NCBI GenBank assembly: GCA_964489145.1
Contig: CAZAXL010000006.1
Coordinates: forward strand, 1,614 to 65,613
Reading direction: 5' to 3'
DNA: 64,000 nt
Origin: an uncultured Gammaproteobacteria bacterium
GTDB lineage: Bacteria; Patescibacteriota; Microgenomatia; UBA8517
Below are positions 8,694 through 18,602 of this stretch, piece after piece. A model generated the notes under the pieces. The model was not told the DNA's origin and did no database searches. It was given only the letters and a program-made list of their open reading frames with translations. A program made the translations under genes and the position numbers. How positions within the stretch are numbered: position 1 is the first letter of the stretch; the number at the start of each line of letters is the position of its first letter.

Positions 8694-9653
8694 ATGGATC
8701 TGCCCAAACTAACCGATATTGATGTTGCCGGAAAAAAAGTTCTTCTCAGAGCCGATTTGGATATTGTCGGATCTGAGAATTATAGACTTGATGCAATTAC
8801 ACCTACTTTAGACTTCCTTTTCAATAAGGCCTCAAAAATAACAGTTATCGGACACAAGGGGAGGCCCGGAGGGGTATACGACGAGGGTTTAAGCACAAAA
8901 GGACTGCAGCTGTTTTTCGATAAATGGGGAGCGAAAGTTGAAGAAAATCTAAGGTTTGATCCCGGGGAAGAGGGTAATGACCCTGAATTCGCTAAAAAGT
9001 TGGCGGGTTTGGGTGATGTCTTTATTAATGAGGCATTTGCATCATCTCATCGGGATTCAGCCTCAATCACTTCGCTTCCAAAGTTGCTGCCTCACGCGGC
9101 CGGGATAAGATTTGCTCAAGAAGTAGAGAATCTAAATAAAGTTTTGGAAGACCCCAAAAGGCCGATTTTGTTTATTATCGGTGGGTCAAAAGACGACAAG
9201 GTCGACTATATAAAAAGTCTGGAACCCTTTGCAGACAAAATATTAGTTGGTGGGAGACTCCCCGAGTATTACGGGGATAGGGCTCTTGAAAGCGTAAGGG
9301 AACAAAAAGAAGGAGATAAACTGGTTATCGCAAATCTGGTGCAGGATAAAGAAGATATCACTCTGAACTCGATTGAGAGGTTTGAGAAAGAGATAGGGAA
9401 AGCGAAAACAATAGTTCTTGCCGGACCGATGGGAAAATATGAAGTAGAAGGCCACATGCAGGGAACTGAAAGGATTTTCAGGGCTGTTGCAAATTCTAAT
9501 ACATATAAAGTAACCGGAGGAGGAGATAGTCTTGTTGTTATTGATAAACTCGGCCTTACCCAAAAATTTGACTGGGTATCGGTTGGCGGAGGGGCAATGC
9601 TTGAGTTCCTGTCCAAAAAGACACTACCGGGCATCGAAGCTTTAGAACAGTGA
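8694..9653 (+). CDS. pgk: Phosphoglycerate kinase (unusually short, 319 aa)
   Basis: VLLRADLDI, IGHKGRPGG, TGGGDSLVVIDK, VSVGGGAMLEFLSKKTLPGIEAL. Confidence 0.8.
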   Translation: MDLPKLTDIDVAGKKVLLRADLDIVGSENYRLDAITPTLDFLFNKASKITVIGHKGRPGGVYDEGLSTKGLQLFFDKWGAKVEENLRFDPGEEGNDPEFAKKLAGLGDVFINEAFASSHRDSASITSLPKLLPHAAGIRFAQEVENLNKVLEDPKRPILFIIGGSKDDKVDYIKSLEPFADKILVGGRLPEYYGDRALESVREQKEGDKLVIANLVQDKEDITLNSIERFEKEIGKAKTIVLAGPMGKYEVEGHMQGTERIFRAVANSNTYKVTGGGDSLVVIDKLGLTQKFDWVSVGGGAMLEFLSKKTLPGIEALEQ

Positions 9654-9702
9654 TTTTTTAATGTGCTAATGTTAATAGAGGGATGAAGGGGGGTGAGAAT
9701 AA

Positions 9703-9900
9703 ATGAAACTAAAGACAATTTCTAAATGGTTGGTGGTAATCGGAGCAATAGAGTTGGGCTTAATGAGTGTTTTAAAATTTGATTTGATTGGAAGCCTAAT
9801 CGGAAGATGGCCTATGGTTGTGATGATCTTTTATGCGTTGGTTGGGATTTCCGGTTTTTGGGGAGCTTTTGCCATGCTTACCAAGAAAAAGAAGAAATAA
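9703..9900 (+). CDS. DUF378-like small membrane protein
   Basis: 65 aa, two TM segments; strong SD GGGGGGTGA. Confidence 0.55.
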   Translation: MKLKTISKWLVVIGAIELGLMSVLKFDLIGSLIGRWPMVVMIFYALVGISGFWGAFAMLTKKKKK

Positions 9901-9901
9901 A

Positions 9902-10588
9902 CTATTTTTTGTTATTTGCCAAGAGTGTTTTGACGACTCTGATTGGGTATTCCAGAAAGAAAGATTCCGGATGTTTTTTGAGTCTTCTTGCTGATATTCC
10001 CACGATCAGGGCGGGGTCGTATCCGATCCTGCCTCCGACTTTTGCAATTTTAAGCGATAAATCCATATCTTCATGAACTTTTTTATCATCCATTTCCACA
10101 ATGTCCTTTACCCGTATCCAGATTTTTTTGGTAATAACCATGTTGGGTCCGATCAAGTATTTTTTGCCGTTTGCTATCAATTTGAACGATTTCCAGGCTA
10201 AGTCCGCAGGAATGGTTGAAGTCGATTTAAGTATTTCCGAGTCGTTAAAGAAAACAGGTCCGGTAAGGGCGTCGATGTCTCCTTTTTCAAAATTGCTTTT
10301 AATCCTCTTGATCCAATCTTTGGGAACAACTGTATCCGCATCGCATCTGGCAATAATTTCGTATTTAGCTGAATTAAAACCCCTATTCCTGGCCGGAGTC
10401 ATACCCTGAACCTTTTCATTGACTATTCTTGCCCCAAACTTTCCGGCAACAGTCTCCGTTTTGTCCGTGGAGTTATTATTTATAACAATAATTTCATCTG
10501 CCGAAACCACCTGGTTGACGACGCTTATAAGACATTTTTTTATATATTTTTCCTCGTTGTAGGCGGGAATTATTACAGAAACCTTCAT
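9902..10588 (-). CDS. Glycosyltransferase family 2
   Basis: MKVSVIIPAYNEEKYIKKCL; DAD motif. Confidence 0.75.
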   Translation of the reverse strand: MKVSVIIPAYNEEKYIKKCLISVVNQVVSADEIIVINNNSTDKTETVAGKFGARIVNEKVQGMTPARNRGFNSAKYEIIARCDADTVVPKDWIKRIKSNFEKGDIDALTGPVFFNDSEILKSTSTIPADLAWKSFKLIANGKKYLIGPNMVITKKIWIRVKDIVEMDDKKVHEDMDLSLKIAKVGGRIGYDPALIVGISARRLKKHPESFFLEYPIRVVKTLLANNKK

Positions 10589-10728
10589 ATGGGTATATTA
10601 TGACACCCTCCTTACCTAAAAGGCCAGATTAAGGGGGTTCATGGTTTTATTGAATGCTGATATAATAAAATATAACTGCCATGATGAGTAAGTTCGTCAT
10701 GTGCTATCTGTAAAACAAAAAGAAGAAC

Positions 10729-11832
10729 ATGATTAAAGTAGGTATAAATGGTTTTGGAAGAATTGGAAGGATTGCCTTCAGGATCGGTGTTCTCAAACAT
10801 CTTGACGAGATTGAATTTGCTGCAATTAATACTTCGGGCAGTATGCCGGTAGGGAGTTGGGCGCACCTGACAAACTACGATACGATGTACCGACAGTTTG
10901 AACTGAAAGTTAAGGGCGAAGAGATAAAAGCTCCTAGTGAAGCCACAGATGAGGATCCTTTAATTGGTAATTTGACAATACCGGAAAGGAATGTCAAAGT
11001 TCCGGTTCTTGCTCAGAAAGATCCTGCAAAAATTCCCTGGGGGAAATACGGAGTGGATGTTGTTATCGAATCTACGGGTGTTTTTACCAATGAAGAGGGA
11101 GCAAAAAAACACGCAATTGGAGGAGCTAAAAAGGTTGTGATTTCGGCTCCCACCAAAGGGGGAAACGTGCCGACTTATATTATTGGTGTTAACGAAACTG
11201 ATAATCTTCCACAAATACTTTCAAATTCGTCCTGTACCACCAATTCTGTTGCTCCCATTGCTTCAATTATTCACTCAAAATTCGGAATTGAAAAAGCCCT
11301 ATTAACAACGGTTCACAGTTACACTGACGATCAAAATTTGCAGGACGGTTCCCATAAAGACTTAAGACGTGCCAGAGCGGCAGCGCAAAACATAATTCCT
11401 ACAAGTACCGGAGCTGCCATTTCTACAACGGAGACGATACCGGAACTTAGAGGTCTTTTTGACGGAGTGAGTTTAAGAGTTCCAACAACAACAGGATCTA
11501 TAACGGATTTTACGGTACTTCTTAAGAAAGACGTAACAGTAGAGGAGATAAATAATGTATTTAAAGAGGCAGTGGAAAATCCCTTGTATAAGGGAATAAT
11601 AGCGGTAACTGAGGAACCTTTTGTATCAAGTGATATTATTGGAAGAAGCGAATCTGCAATAGTAGATCTTTCTTTAACACAAGTTGTTGCGGGAAATCTT
11701 GTTAAAATTTTTGCATGGTATGACAACGAATGGGGTTATGCCAATAGACTTGTCGAGCAAGTAATTCGTGTGGGCAGAACATTAGAAGGAGGAGTAGCTC
11801 CTACCGATCCGATTTCCTTGTCATTCAAATAA
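10729..11832 (+). CDS. gap: Glyceraldehyde-3-phosphate dehydrogenase (367 aa, with insertions)
   Basis: MIKVGINGFGRIGR, SNSSCTTNSVAP (active-site Cys), WYDNEWGYANR. Confidence 0.9.
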   Translation: MIKVGINGFGRIGRIAFRIGVLKHLDEIEFAAINTSGSMPVGSWAHLTNYDTMYRQFELKVKGEEIKAPSEATDEDPLIGNLTIPERNVKVPVLAQKDPAKIPWGKYGVDVVIESTGVFTNEEGAKKHAIGGAKKVVISAPTKGGNVPTYIIGVNETDNLPQILSNSSCTTNSVAPIASIIHSKFGIEKALLTTVHSYTDDQNLQDGSHKDLRRARAAAQNIIPTSTGAAISTTETIPELRGLFDGVSLRVPTTTGSITDFTVLLKKDVTVEEINNVFKEAVENPLYKGIIAVTEEPFVSSDIIGRSESAIVDLSLTQVVAGNLVKIFAWYDNEWGYANRLVEQVIRVGRTLEGGVAPTDPISLSFK

Positions 11833-11835
11833 CAA

Positions 11836-12477
11836 ATGGAGGAATTAAAAAAATATTCCGGGAAAAAATTTATTAAAAATATTGCATTTTTTGGAGATGC
11901 AAATATCTCCGAAACAGATGAGGCATATGTGGAGGCTTTTGAAGTTGCCGAGGCTTTGGCCAAGAGGGGTTATGTGATAATTGATGGCGGTGGACCGGGT
12001 ATAATGGAGGCGGCCACGAGCGGTGCCAGAAAAGGGGGCGGAAAAACGGTTGCCATCACTTTTGATCCGGTCGGGGCGGTTGGATATGAAGGGCGCTACA
12101 TTAAAAATGTTACCGACACGGAAGTCGTAACCACAAATTATATTGATCGCATGTTTAAACTTCTGGAGTATGGCGATGTTTTTATCATTTTTAAGGGTGG
12201 AAGCGGAACGGTTTCCGAATTTGGTACTGCCTGGGTTCTGGCTAAACTTTATTTTGGACACCACAAACCGATTATTCTTTACGGACATTTTTGGGCTGAA
12301 ATTCTGGACGTTTTCAGGAAAAATATGAATATCGACAGCACCGAGATGAGTGTTTTCGAAATCTGTTCTACAAAAGATGAGGTTTTAAACGCCATTGATA
12401 GATTCGAAAACAAAATTTCCCAAAGGGATCATTCGGAAGACGGCGATGGTTCAATGGATAGTGCTTTTAAAGTATAA
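11836..12477 (+). CDS. LOG-family protein (TIGR00730; cytokinin riboside 5'-monophosphate phosphoribohydrolase-like)
   Basis: GGGPGIMEAATSGARKGGGKTVAI, IFKGGSGTVSE. Confidence 0.7.
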   Translation: MEELKKYSGKKFIKNIAFFGDANISETDEAYVEAFEVAEALAKRGYVIIDGGGPGIMEAATSGARKGGGKTVAITFDPVGAVGYEGRYIKNVTDTEVVTTNYIDRMFKLLEYGDVFIIFKGGSGTVSEFGTAWVLAKLYFGHHKPIILYGHFWAEILDVFRKNMNIDSTEMSVFEICSTKDEVLNAIDRFENKISQRDHSEDGDGSMDSAFKV

Positions 12478-12492
12478 AGCTCCTGAATTCTT

Positions 12493-13269
12493 ATGGACAT
12501 TGATATAAACAATTTGGAAAGTATCTCCGGGCGAGTGAGAAGATATATCCTTGAGATGATTTATAAGGCCGGATCGGGGCACCCCGGGGGATCACTTTCC
12601 GCAGTTGAAATTCTGGTCGCGCTTTATTTTGGAGTGTTGGAGAGTGATGATCACTTTTTTCTGTCGAATGGACACGTCTGCCCGGCGCTTTACTCTGTTA
12701 TGGCGGAAAAAGGGCTTATCGATAAAAACTTATTGGCAAGTTATACCGAGCTTGGATCTTCTCTTCAGGGACATCCCGAAAAGACAAAACTGAAAGGTAT
12801 AGAGAACACCTCCGGACCTCTGGGTTTGGGTCTGGCTCAAGCAGCCGGATTTGCGGCTATAAAGAAAGGTTCATATATTTATTGCATGACCAGCGATGGA
12901 GAACACGATGAAGGAAATCATTGGGAAGCGATAAATTTTGCGGCAAAATATAAACTCTCAAACCTGATTCAAATTGTTGATAAAAACGGAATTCAAATTG
13001 AGGGAACAGTTGAGGAAATAATGCCTTTAGGCAGCCTAAAGGAAAAGTATTTAGCTTCCGACTGGAATGTTTTTGAAATAGATGGACACAATTTTGATGA
13101 GATTTTTGATTCAATTAGTAAAGCCAAGGATAAAAAAGACAAACCAAGTGTAATTCTTGCAAACACGGTCTTTGGCAAAGGCATTTCTTTTATGGAGAGT
13201 AATCCCGATTGGCACGCAAAAGCACCAAATGAGGATGAGTTTAGAAAGGCAATGGAGGAACTAAAATGA
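12493..13269 (+). CDS. Transketolase, N-terminal (TPP-binding) subunit
   Basis: GSGHPGGSLSAVEILVALY, GPLGLGL. Confidence 0.85.
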   Translation: MDIDINNLESISGRVRRYILEMIYKAGSGHPGGSLSAVEILVALYFGVLESDDHFFLSNGHVCPALYSVMAEKGLIDKNLLASYTELGSSLQGHPEKTKLKGIENTSGPLGLGLAQAAGFAAIKKGSYIYCMTSDGEHDEGNHWEAINFAAKYKLSNLIQIVDKNGIQIEGTVEEIMPLGSLKEKYLASDWNVFEIDGHNFDEIFDSISKAKDKKDKPSVILANTVFGKGISFMESNPDWHAKAPNEDEFRKAMEELK

Positions 13270-14213
13270 TGAAATCGATGCGTGACGGATTCGGGGAGGC
13301 GCTGGTTGAATTGGGCAGGAAAAACCCCGACGTAGTTGTTTTAACAGCTGACCTGGCTGATTCAACAAGGGTAAAAAAGTTTGCGGAAGACTTTCCCGAC
13401 AGATTTTTCCAGGTTGGGGTAGCCGAACAGGCTCTCGTAACCGTTGCTGCCGGTATGGCTGGAGCCGGCAAAATTCCATTTATCACAAGTTATGCCGTTT
13501 TTTCCCCCGGAAGAACATTTGAACAGATAAAAGTAACGGCCGCACTTAGTGATCTGTCTGTCAAAATAGTTGGATCACATGCCGGATTTGGTGCTTCAAT
13601 GTACGGAGCAACACACCAAAGTTTGGAGGACATTGCTCTCATGCGGGTGATTCCCAATATGGTTGTTGTTTCTCCTTGTGACTATTTGGAAGCCAAGAAA
13701 GCCACTATTGCGATTGCCGAAAATGGAAAACCATCTTATTTGAGACTGGCCAGACAGGACTCGCCGGTTATTACGGATGAAAATTCAAAATTTGAAATAG
13801 GGAAAGTGAATATTCTAAGGGAGGGTAAGGATCCCCAAGTGGCCATAATCGGCTGTGGCCCTGTTCTTGCAGAAACCCTGGCAGCTGCCGATGAATTAAA
13901 AAATATTGGAATAGAAGTAATGGTTATAAATAACCACACAATTAAACCCGTTGATGATATTGCAATTACAAATGCTGCAAGAATTTGCGGAGCTATTGTA
14001 ACCGTTGAAGAACATCAGGTGATGGGGGGGTTGGGGAGCGCTGTTGCCGAAGTAATTGCTCAAGGTCATATTGTTCCGATGGAGTTTGTAGGAGTTAAAG
14101 ATGTTTTTGGTGAATCGGCAAAAACATATCAGGAACTCTGGAAAAAGTTTGGGTTAACTAAAGAAAATATCATTGAAGCCGTCAAGAAAGTAATTACAAG
14201 AAAGAATTATTAA
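13266..14213 (+). CDS. Transketolase, C-terminal (pyrimidine-binding) subunit
   Basis: Split-transketolase partner; ATGA overlap with the N-terminal subunit gene. Confidence 0.85.
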   Translation: MMKSMRDGFGEALVELGRKNPDVVVLTADLADSTRVKKFAEDFPDRFFQVGVAEQALVTVAAGMAGAGKIPFITSYAVFSPGRTFEQIKVTAALSDLSVKIVGSHAGFGASMYGATHQSLEDIALMRVIPNMVVVSPCDYLEAKKATIAIAENGKPSYLRLARQDSPVITDENSKFEIGKVNILREGKDPQVAIIGCGPVLAETLAAADELKNIGIEVMVINNHTIKPVDDIAITNAARICGAIVTVEEHQVMGGLGSAVAEVIAQGHIVPMEFVGVKDVFGESAKTYQELWKKFGLTKENIIEAVKKVITRKNY

Positions 14214-14893
14214 TTTTTTACACAAACCCCGCCCGCGTCCGGATATTTTCCATCAAGCTGACATTTATACCCCGCAGGACAAGAAACTCCTGCGAATCCG
14301 CCACAGAATTTTTCCTCAGTGTTTGATTGATCAGTGAATTTAAAAGTGGAGAGGATTTTGTAGAATTTAGAACCATCCCCATTATATTCATCCTCAGGAT
14401 AAGTAGCAGTAGTTAAAACAGCAATAATCTTGCTTTCTTTGGCTATGTAATAATGAGAAAAACTGCCGCCACCTTCGTCAAACTCCTCGGCCAGATAGGT
14501 GTTATAACCACTAATTTTTAGTGAACTCTCATTTTTATTATCTAAATCTTGAATATCTTTATAAAACGGGTTTGCAAAGTCAATTTCGATACTTGGAGTT
14601 GTTTCGTTATTAAGAATTGTTATTAAATCTTTATTAAAATTTATTCCATTAACCGTGGCTTTACCGGTATCCTCTGTTAATTCCCAGTTATTAGGATATT
14701 GAATTTGAAAATGGTGTTTGCTGTTGTTGTATGTTTCCCAATTTACAGTTGGGTCAGAAGTGGCTGAAGCAGTTGGGGAAGGGGTTGATGTGAAAGTTGG
14801 AGTTGGCCAGTAGTTTTTATAGCCGATATACCCAACTGCAACCAGAGCTGCAAAAAACAGAATTATTATTGGTGCAAAACCTCTTTGTTTCAT
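14210..14893 (-). CDS. Secreted/membrane-anchored paralog 1 (N-terminal TM, Ser/Thr/Pro linker, Cys-rich C-terminus)
   Basis: Shares ATSDPTVNWETY and ILSTFKFTD blocks with the downstream paralog; CGGFAGVSCPAGYKCQLDGKYPDAGGVCVKN tail. Confidence 0.5.
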   Translation of the reverse strand: MKQRGFAPIIILFFAALVAVGYIGYKNYWPTPTFTSTPSPTASATSDPTVNWETYNNSKHHFQIQYPNNWELTEDTGKATVNGINFNKDLITILNNETTPSIEIDFANPFYKDIQDLDNKNESSLKISGYNTYLAEEFDEGGGSFSHYYIAKESKIIAVLTTATYPEDEYNGDGSKFYKILSTFKFTDQSNTEEKFCGGFAGVSCPAGYKCQLDGKYPDAGGVCVKN

Positions 14894-15918
14894 TTATATA
14901 GTTGTTTGATTTGAGTTAAGGTGTCTTCACATTTCGGATTATCCGGTGCCATGCCAGTAGAACAAGCTGAAACCCAAATTATGTAGCTTTTGGCGGCGTG
15001 GAGAGGATAATAAGCGCCTGCCTCACAGGTCGTGAATTTAGCAATATCTCCCGCGGAAAAGAAGTCAAAACTGCCTGTATAAGCCAGGTGAACGCCATCA
15101 ATTTCCCTGACAAAGACGTCGGTTTCAGCTACTGCACTTTTTAGATTAACAGAAACGTCCGGTTCGTTTAAGCATTTACTCCAAGATAATCGAGATTGGC
15201 TTTTTTCGTATAACTCCAAGTCTTCAACCCGCGACTTTAGATTTGTTGTTTCGGGATCGGTGAACTTAAAAGTGGAGAGAATTTGAAGAATGGTAGACTT
15301 TTCTTTTTGATACTCCTCTAATGAGGCATCATCATCAGCGTTTACAGGATAACCACTCCCAAACATAACGGCGTAGGATATTCCACTAACATCGACATAC
15401 TGGTTCACATAAACTGAGTGATTTTCCACAATAGTCTCTACGGCGGAATATTCTTTTCCAACAAATGAGAATTTTATGGCATTCTTTATCGTCTTAGTGT
15501 TACCAGAAAACCCATACGTTGAAGAGAACGGTGTTACCTCAATAGAAACTACGCCGGTGGGGTTATCTATGGTTATTTCTTGACCTTCGAAGTAATCACT
15601 GTAATGTTCCCTAACACTCCAGCCGGAAGGGTATTTAAACTGGAACTCTTTACCGCTATGTGTTTCCCAATTTACAGTTGGGTCAGAAGTGGCTGAAACA
15701 GTTGGGGATGAGGTTGGTAGCGCGGCAATTTGTTTTTTAAGTTGAGAGTTCTGATAGAACAGGAATACGATAGTTCCCAAAAGCAAAACTATCAGGACAA
15801 ACATCAAAGTAACTAGTTTTGTGGAGCTCGACTTGACTGGCGTTGTGTTTTCGGGAATGTTATTTATCGGAGGAAAATTGCTGCTTGGTGTGGGTGTCTG
15901 GACGGGATTTTGCTCCAT
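14890..15918 (-). CDS. Secreted/membrane-anchored paralog 2
   Basis: SATSDPTVNWETH and ILSTFKFTD shared with paralog 1; ATGA overlap with 14210..14893. Confidence 0.5.
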   Translation of the reverse strand: MEQNPVQTPTPSSNFPPINNIPENTTPVKSSSTKLVTLMFVLIVLLLGTIVFLFYQNSQLKKQIAALPTSSPTVSATSDPTVNWETHSGKEFQFKYPSGWSVREHYSDYFEGQEITIDNPTGVVSIEVTPFSSTYGFSGNTKTIKNAIKFSFVGKEYSAVETIVENHSVYVNQYVDVSGISYAVMFGSGYPVNADDDASLEEYQKEKSTILQILSTFKFTDPETTNLKSRVEDLELYEKSQSRLSWSKCLNEPDVSVNLKSAVAETDVFVREIDGVHLAYTGSFDFFSAGDIAKFTTCEAGAYYPLHAAKSYIIWVSACSTGMAPDNPKCEDTLTQIKQLYK

Positions 15919-15936
15919 ACATTAAATGTACACCAT

Positions 15937-16509
15937 TTAGAAATTTATTGGAATCTCAAGAGTTTTTGAGTTTTCCGGAAGCCCGCTGGGATTGTCATTT
16001 TCCAAAACTAAAGTTCCGGAGCCCGTGGCGGCTCTGAATGTTAAAGTCGCAGTAAATTCAACAGGCTCTCCTGTCTGCCAGCTTCCCTTAATTATTTCTT
16101 TGGCTCCCACCTGAGCAATTATGTTTTGATCCAAATCAACAAGTTTTATAGGAAATGTCCCTTCAAACATCCATCCGGCGGGGACAGTGCCGGTAACCTT
16201 TAGAGGACTTTTCACTTTTGAGCCCGCGGAAGGCGATGAAACAATTGGTAAGTCGGCAGAGGGTGTGGGTGATGGGGTGGTAGTTAAAATCGGAGCGGGA
16301 GTTACCTGATAACCGGCCAATTTTTCTTTTAGAGTTTGGTTTTGATTATACAAAAAGACAATTGCGCCTAGAGCTAAAAGAACAAAAGCAGCAACGCTTA
16401 AAATTGTAACCAGACCACTTGAGGAATTCTGGTTTTTTGGTACGGAATTTTGGGGAATTATCACATGGGACGCTTCATCAACAGGGTTCATATGCAGAAA
16501 TTGTAGCAT
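15937..16509 (-). CDS. Membrane-anchored protein with Gmad2-like immunoglobulin-like domain
   Basis: TM helix, T/S/P linker, then VPAGWMFEGTFPIKLVDLD...TATLTF...GTLVLENDNPSGLPENSKTLEIPI (Gmad2-like, from memory). Confidence 0.4.
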   Translation of the reverse strand: MLQFLHMNPVDEASHVIIPQNSVPKNQNSSSGLVTILSVAAFVLLALGAIVFLYNQNQTLKEKLAGYQVTPAPILTTTPSPTPSADLPIVSSPSAGSKVKSPLKVTGTVPAGWMFEGTFPIKLVDLDQNIIAQVGAKEIIKGSWQTGEPVEFTATLTFRAATGSGTLVLENDNPSGLPENSKTLEIPINF

Positions 16510-16628
16510 AATCTGCTTTACTCATGAAACGATTAGCTCTAAACTGATAGGTACATATAAAATTCTGTCAGCAAATATTAAGCGATTCAAAGAATCTCTA
16601 AGGATGAATTTTATATGATGTAAACATC

Positions 16629-17606
16629 ATGAGAGAAACTGTCCAAAAACTACTTGCCGAAGGCCGTGGAATTCTGGCCGCTGATGAAAGCACACACACG
16701 ATAGACACAAGATTTAAATCTGCAGGGATTGAATCCACTCCGGAAACCCACAGAAAGTATAGAGAAATGCTTTTAACGACCCCCGAGATAGAAAACTTTC
16801 TGGGTGGGGTCATCTTTTTTGATGAGACTGTAAGACAAAAGGTGGGGGAGAAAACTTTTCCTGAGTATTTAACCGAACGTGGAATTGTACCCGGAATCAA
16901 AGTCGATGAAGGACTGGAACCGTTTAACGGAACGGAAGAAAAGGTAACCCGCGGAATTGAAAGTTTGGACGAACGGCTTAAGGAGTATCGGGGAATGGGT
17001 TTGAAGTTTACAAAGTGGAGAGCGGCGATTTCAATTTCTGATATTTTCCCGACGGATGCTTTTTTGGATGAGAATATGGATCGTTTGGCTGAATTTGCCG
17101 AAATTTCTCAAAAGAATGATTTTGTTCCGATAGTGGAACCCGAAATTCTTTTAACCGGTAATCACACCACAACGCGCTGTGATGAAATTGAAACAAAAGT
17201 CCTGCAAGTTCTTTTTGCCAAGCTCAAGTCAAAAAACATTGATTTGACGAATCTTCTTTTGAAAACCAGCATGGTTCTTCCCGGAAAAGACAGCGGTGTA
17301 AAAGCGGAACCTCTGGAAGTTGCCCATGCAACTCTTAGAGCACTGGGTAAATCGGTTCCTCCGGAGGTTGCCGGCGTAGTTTTTCTTTCAGGCGGACAGA
17401 CGCCGGATGAGGCAACAAACAACTTAAATGAGATAGTAAAATTGAAGGAGGACGCTCCTTGGAAAATTTCTTTTTCTTTCGCAAGAGCTTTGCAGGAAGA
17501 AGCCATGTCCGAATGGGGGGGGAAAGATGAAAACAAACTTTCGGCTCAAGAAGTATTTATAAAACGTTTAGAAAAGGTTTCAAATGCCCGAAATGGAAAA
17601 CTTTGA
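16629..17606 (+). CDS. fba: Fructose-bisphosphate aldolase, class I
   Basis: ILAADESTHTIDTRFKSAGIESTPETHRKYREMLLTTP matches class I FBA N-terminus. Confidence 0.8.
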   Translation: MRETVQKLLAEGRGILAADESTHTIDTRFKSAGIESTPETHRKYREMLLTTPEIENFLGGVIFFDETVRQKVGEKTFPEYLTERGIVPGIKVDEGLEPFNGTEEKVTRGIESLDERLKEYRGMGLKFTKWRAAISISDIFPTDAFLDENMDRLAEFAEISQKNDFVPIVEPEILLTGNHTTTRCDEIETKVLQVLFAKLKSKNIDLTNLLLKTSMVLPGKDSGVKAEPLEVAHATLRALGKSVPPEVAGVVFLSGGQTPDEATNNLNEIVKLKEDAPWKISFSFARALQEEAMSEWGGKDENKLSAQEVFIKRLEKVSNARNGKL

Positions 17607-18591
17607 TCTACTCTCCATAGGAGATTCTGCACTTGATGTTTTTATGACTCCTACGGAGAGCGAAACAGTTTGCAGAATCGACACAAAGGAATGTCTGATT
17701 GCTTTTTCCTATGGCGACAAGATTCCGGTTAAAAACCTCGAGTTTTCAATCGGGGGAAATGCTGCCAACAACGCAATCGGAGTGCGGAGGCTTGGAGTTT
17801 CAACCGGAATTGTTTTGACGCTGGGGGCGGACAATGTCGGGGACATGATTGTTAAAAGACTTAAAGATGAGTTGGTTGACGTTACATATGTAATTCAACA
17901 GCCGTCAACTTCATCAAATTATTCAACAATAATAAATTATTCCGGAGAAAGGACAATATTTGTATATCACGCCCCGAGGAGTTATGAATTTCCGGTTCAG
18001 CTTCCCGTCGCTCCCTGGGTGTACCTTACGAGCATGGGGGAAAGTTTCAGGCCTTTTTATATCCACCTGGTTGACTGGATAAAGAGAAACCCACAAATCA
18101 AGCTTGCTTTTAATCCGGGCAGCTGGCAGATGAGGGCAAATTTTGACGAGATAAAGGATGTAATGAGTCTGACATATGTAATTTTCGTAAACAGAAAAGA
18201 GGCGGAAAAGCTTACCGGTTTTGGGGATTCAACAAAGAGAGAAAGAGATCTTTTGATTTCTCTTTCCAAACTCGGACCAAAAATTTGTGTGATTACAGAC
18301 GGCTCGAAAGGATCCTTCGCTTACGACAGCATTAACGGCAAGTTTTTAAGTGCAGGAGTGCTCCCTGTTGACGCCTACGAAAGAACCGGAGCGGGGGATG
18401 CTTTTGGTTCCGGAACACTCTCCGCCTTAGTTCATGGAAAAACTCTTGATGAGGCTCTTCTTTGGGGAACTTGTAATTCAGCATCTGTTATTGGCTACAC
18501 AGGTTCCCAGAGGGGTCTTTTAAAATTCGAAGAAATGAACGCTTGGCTGGCTCGAGCCAAAAGCAGTGGAGTTTTGGTGCAACCTTTTTAG
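17584..18591 (+). CDS. PfkB-family carbohydrate kinase (ribokinase-like; candidate phosphofructokinase)
   Basis: GAGDAFGSG motif; overlaps the fba 3' end by 23 nt. Confidence 0.7.
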   Translation: MPEMENFDLLSIGDSALDVFMTPTESETVCRIDTKECLIAFSYGDKIPVKNLEFSIGGNAANNAIGVRRLGVSTGIVLTLGADNVGDMIVKRLKDELVDVTYVIQQPSTSSNYSTIINYSGERTIFVYHAPRSYEFPVQLPVAPWVYLTSMGESFRPFYIHLVDWIKRNPQIKLAFNPGSWQMRANFDEIKDVMSLTYVIFVNRKEAEKLTGFGDSTKRERDLLISLSKLGPKICVITDGSKGSFAYDSINGKFLSAGVLPVDAYERTGAGDAFGSGTLSALVHGKTLDEALLWGTCNSASVIGYTGSQRGLLKFEEMNAWLARAKSSGVLVQPF

Positions 18592-18602
18592 ACTTTAATC
18601 AT

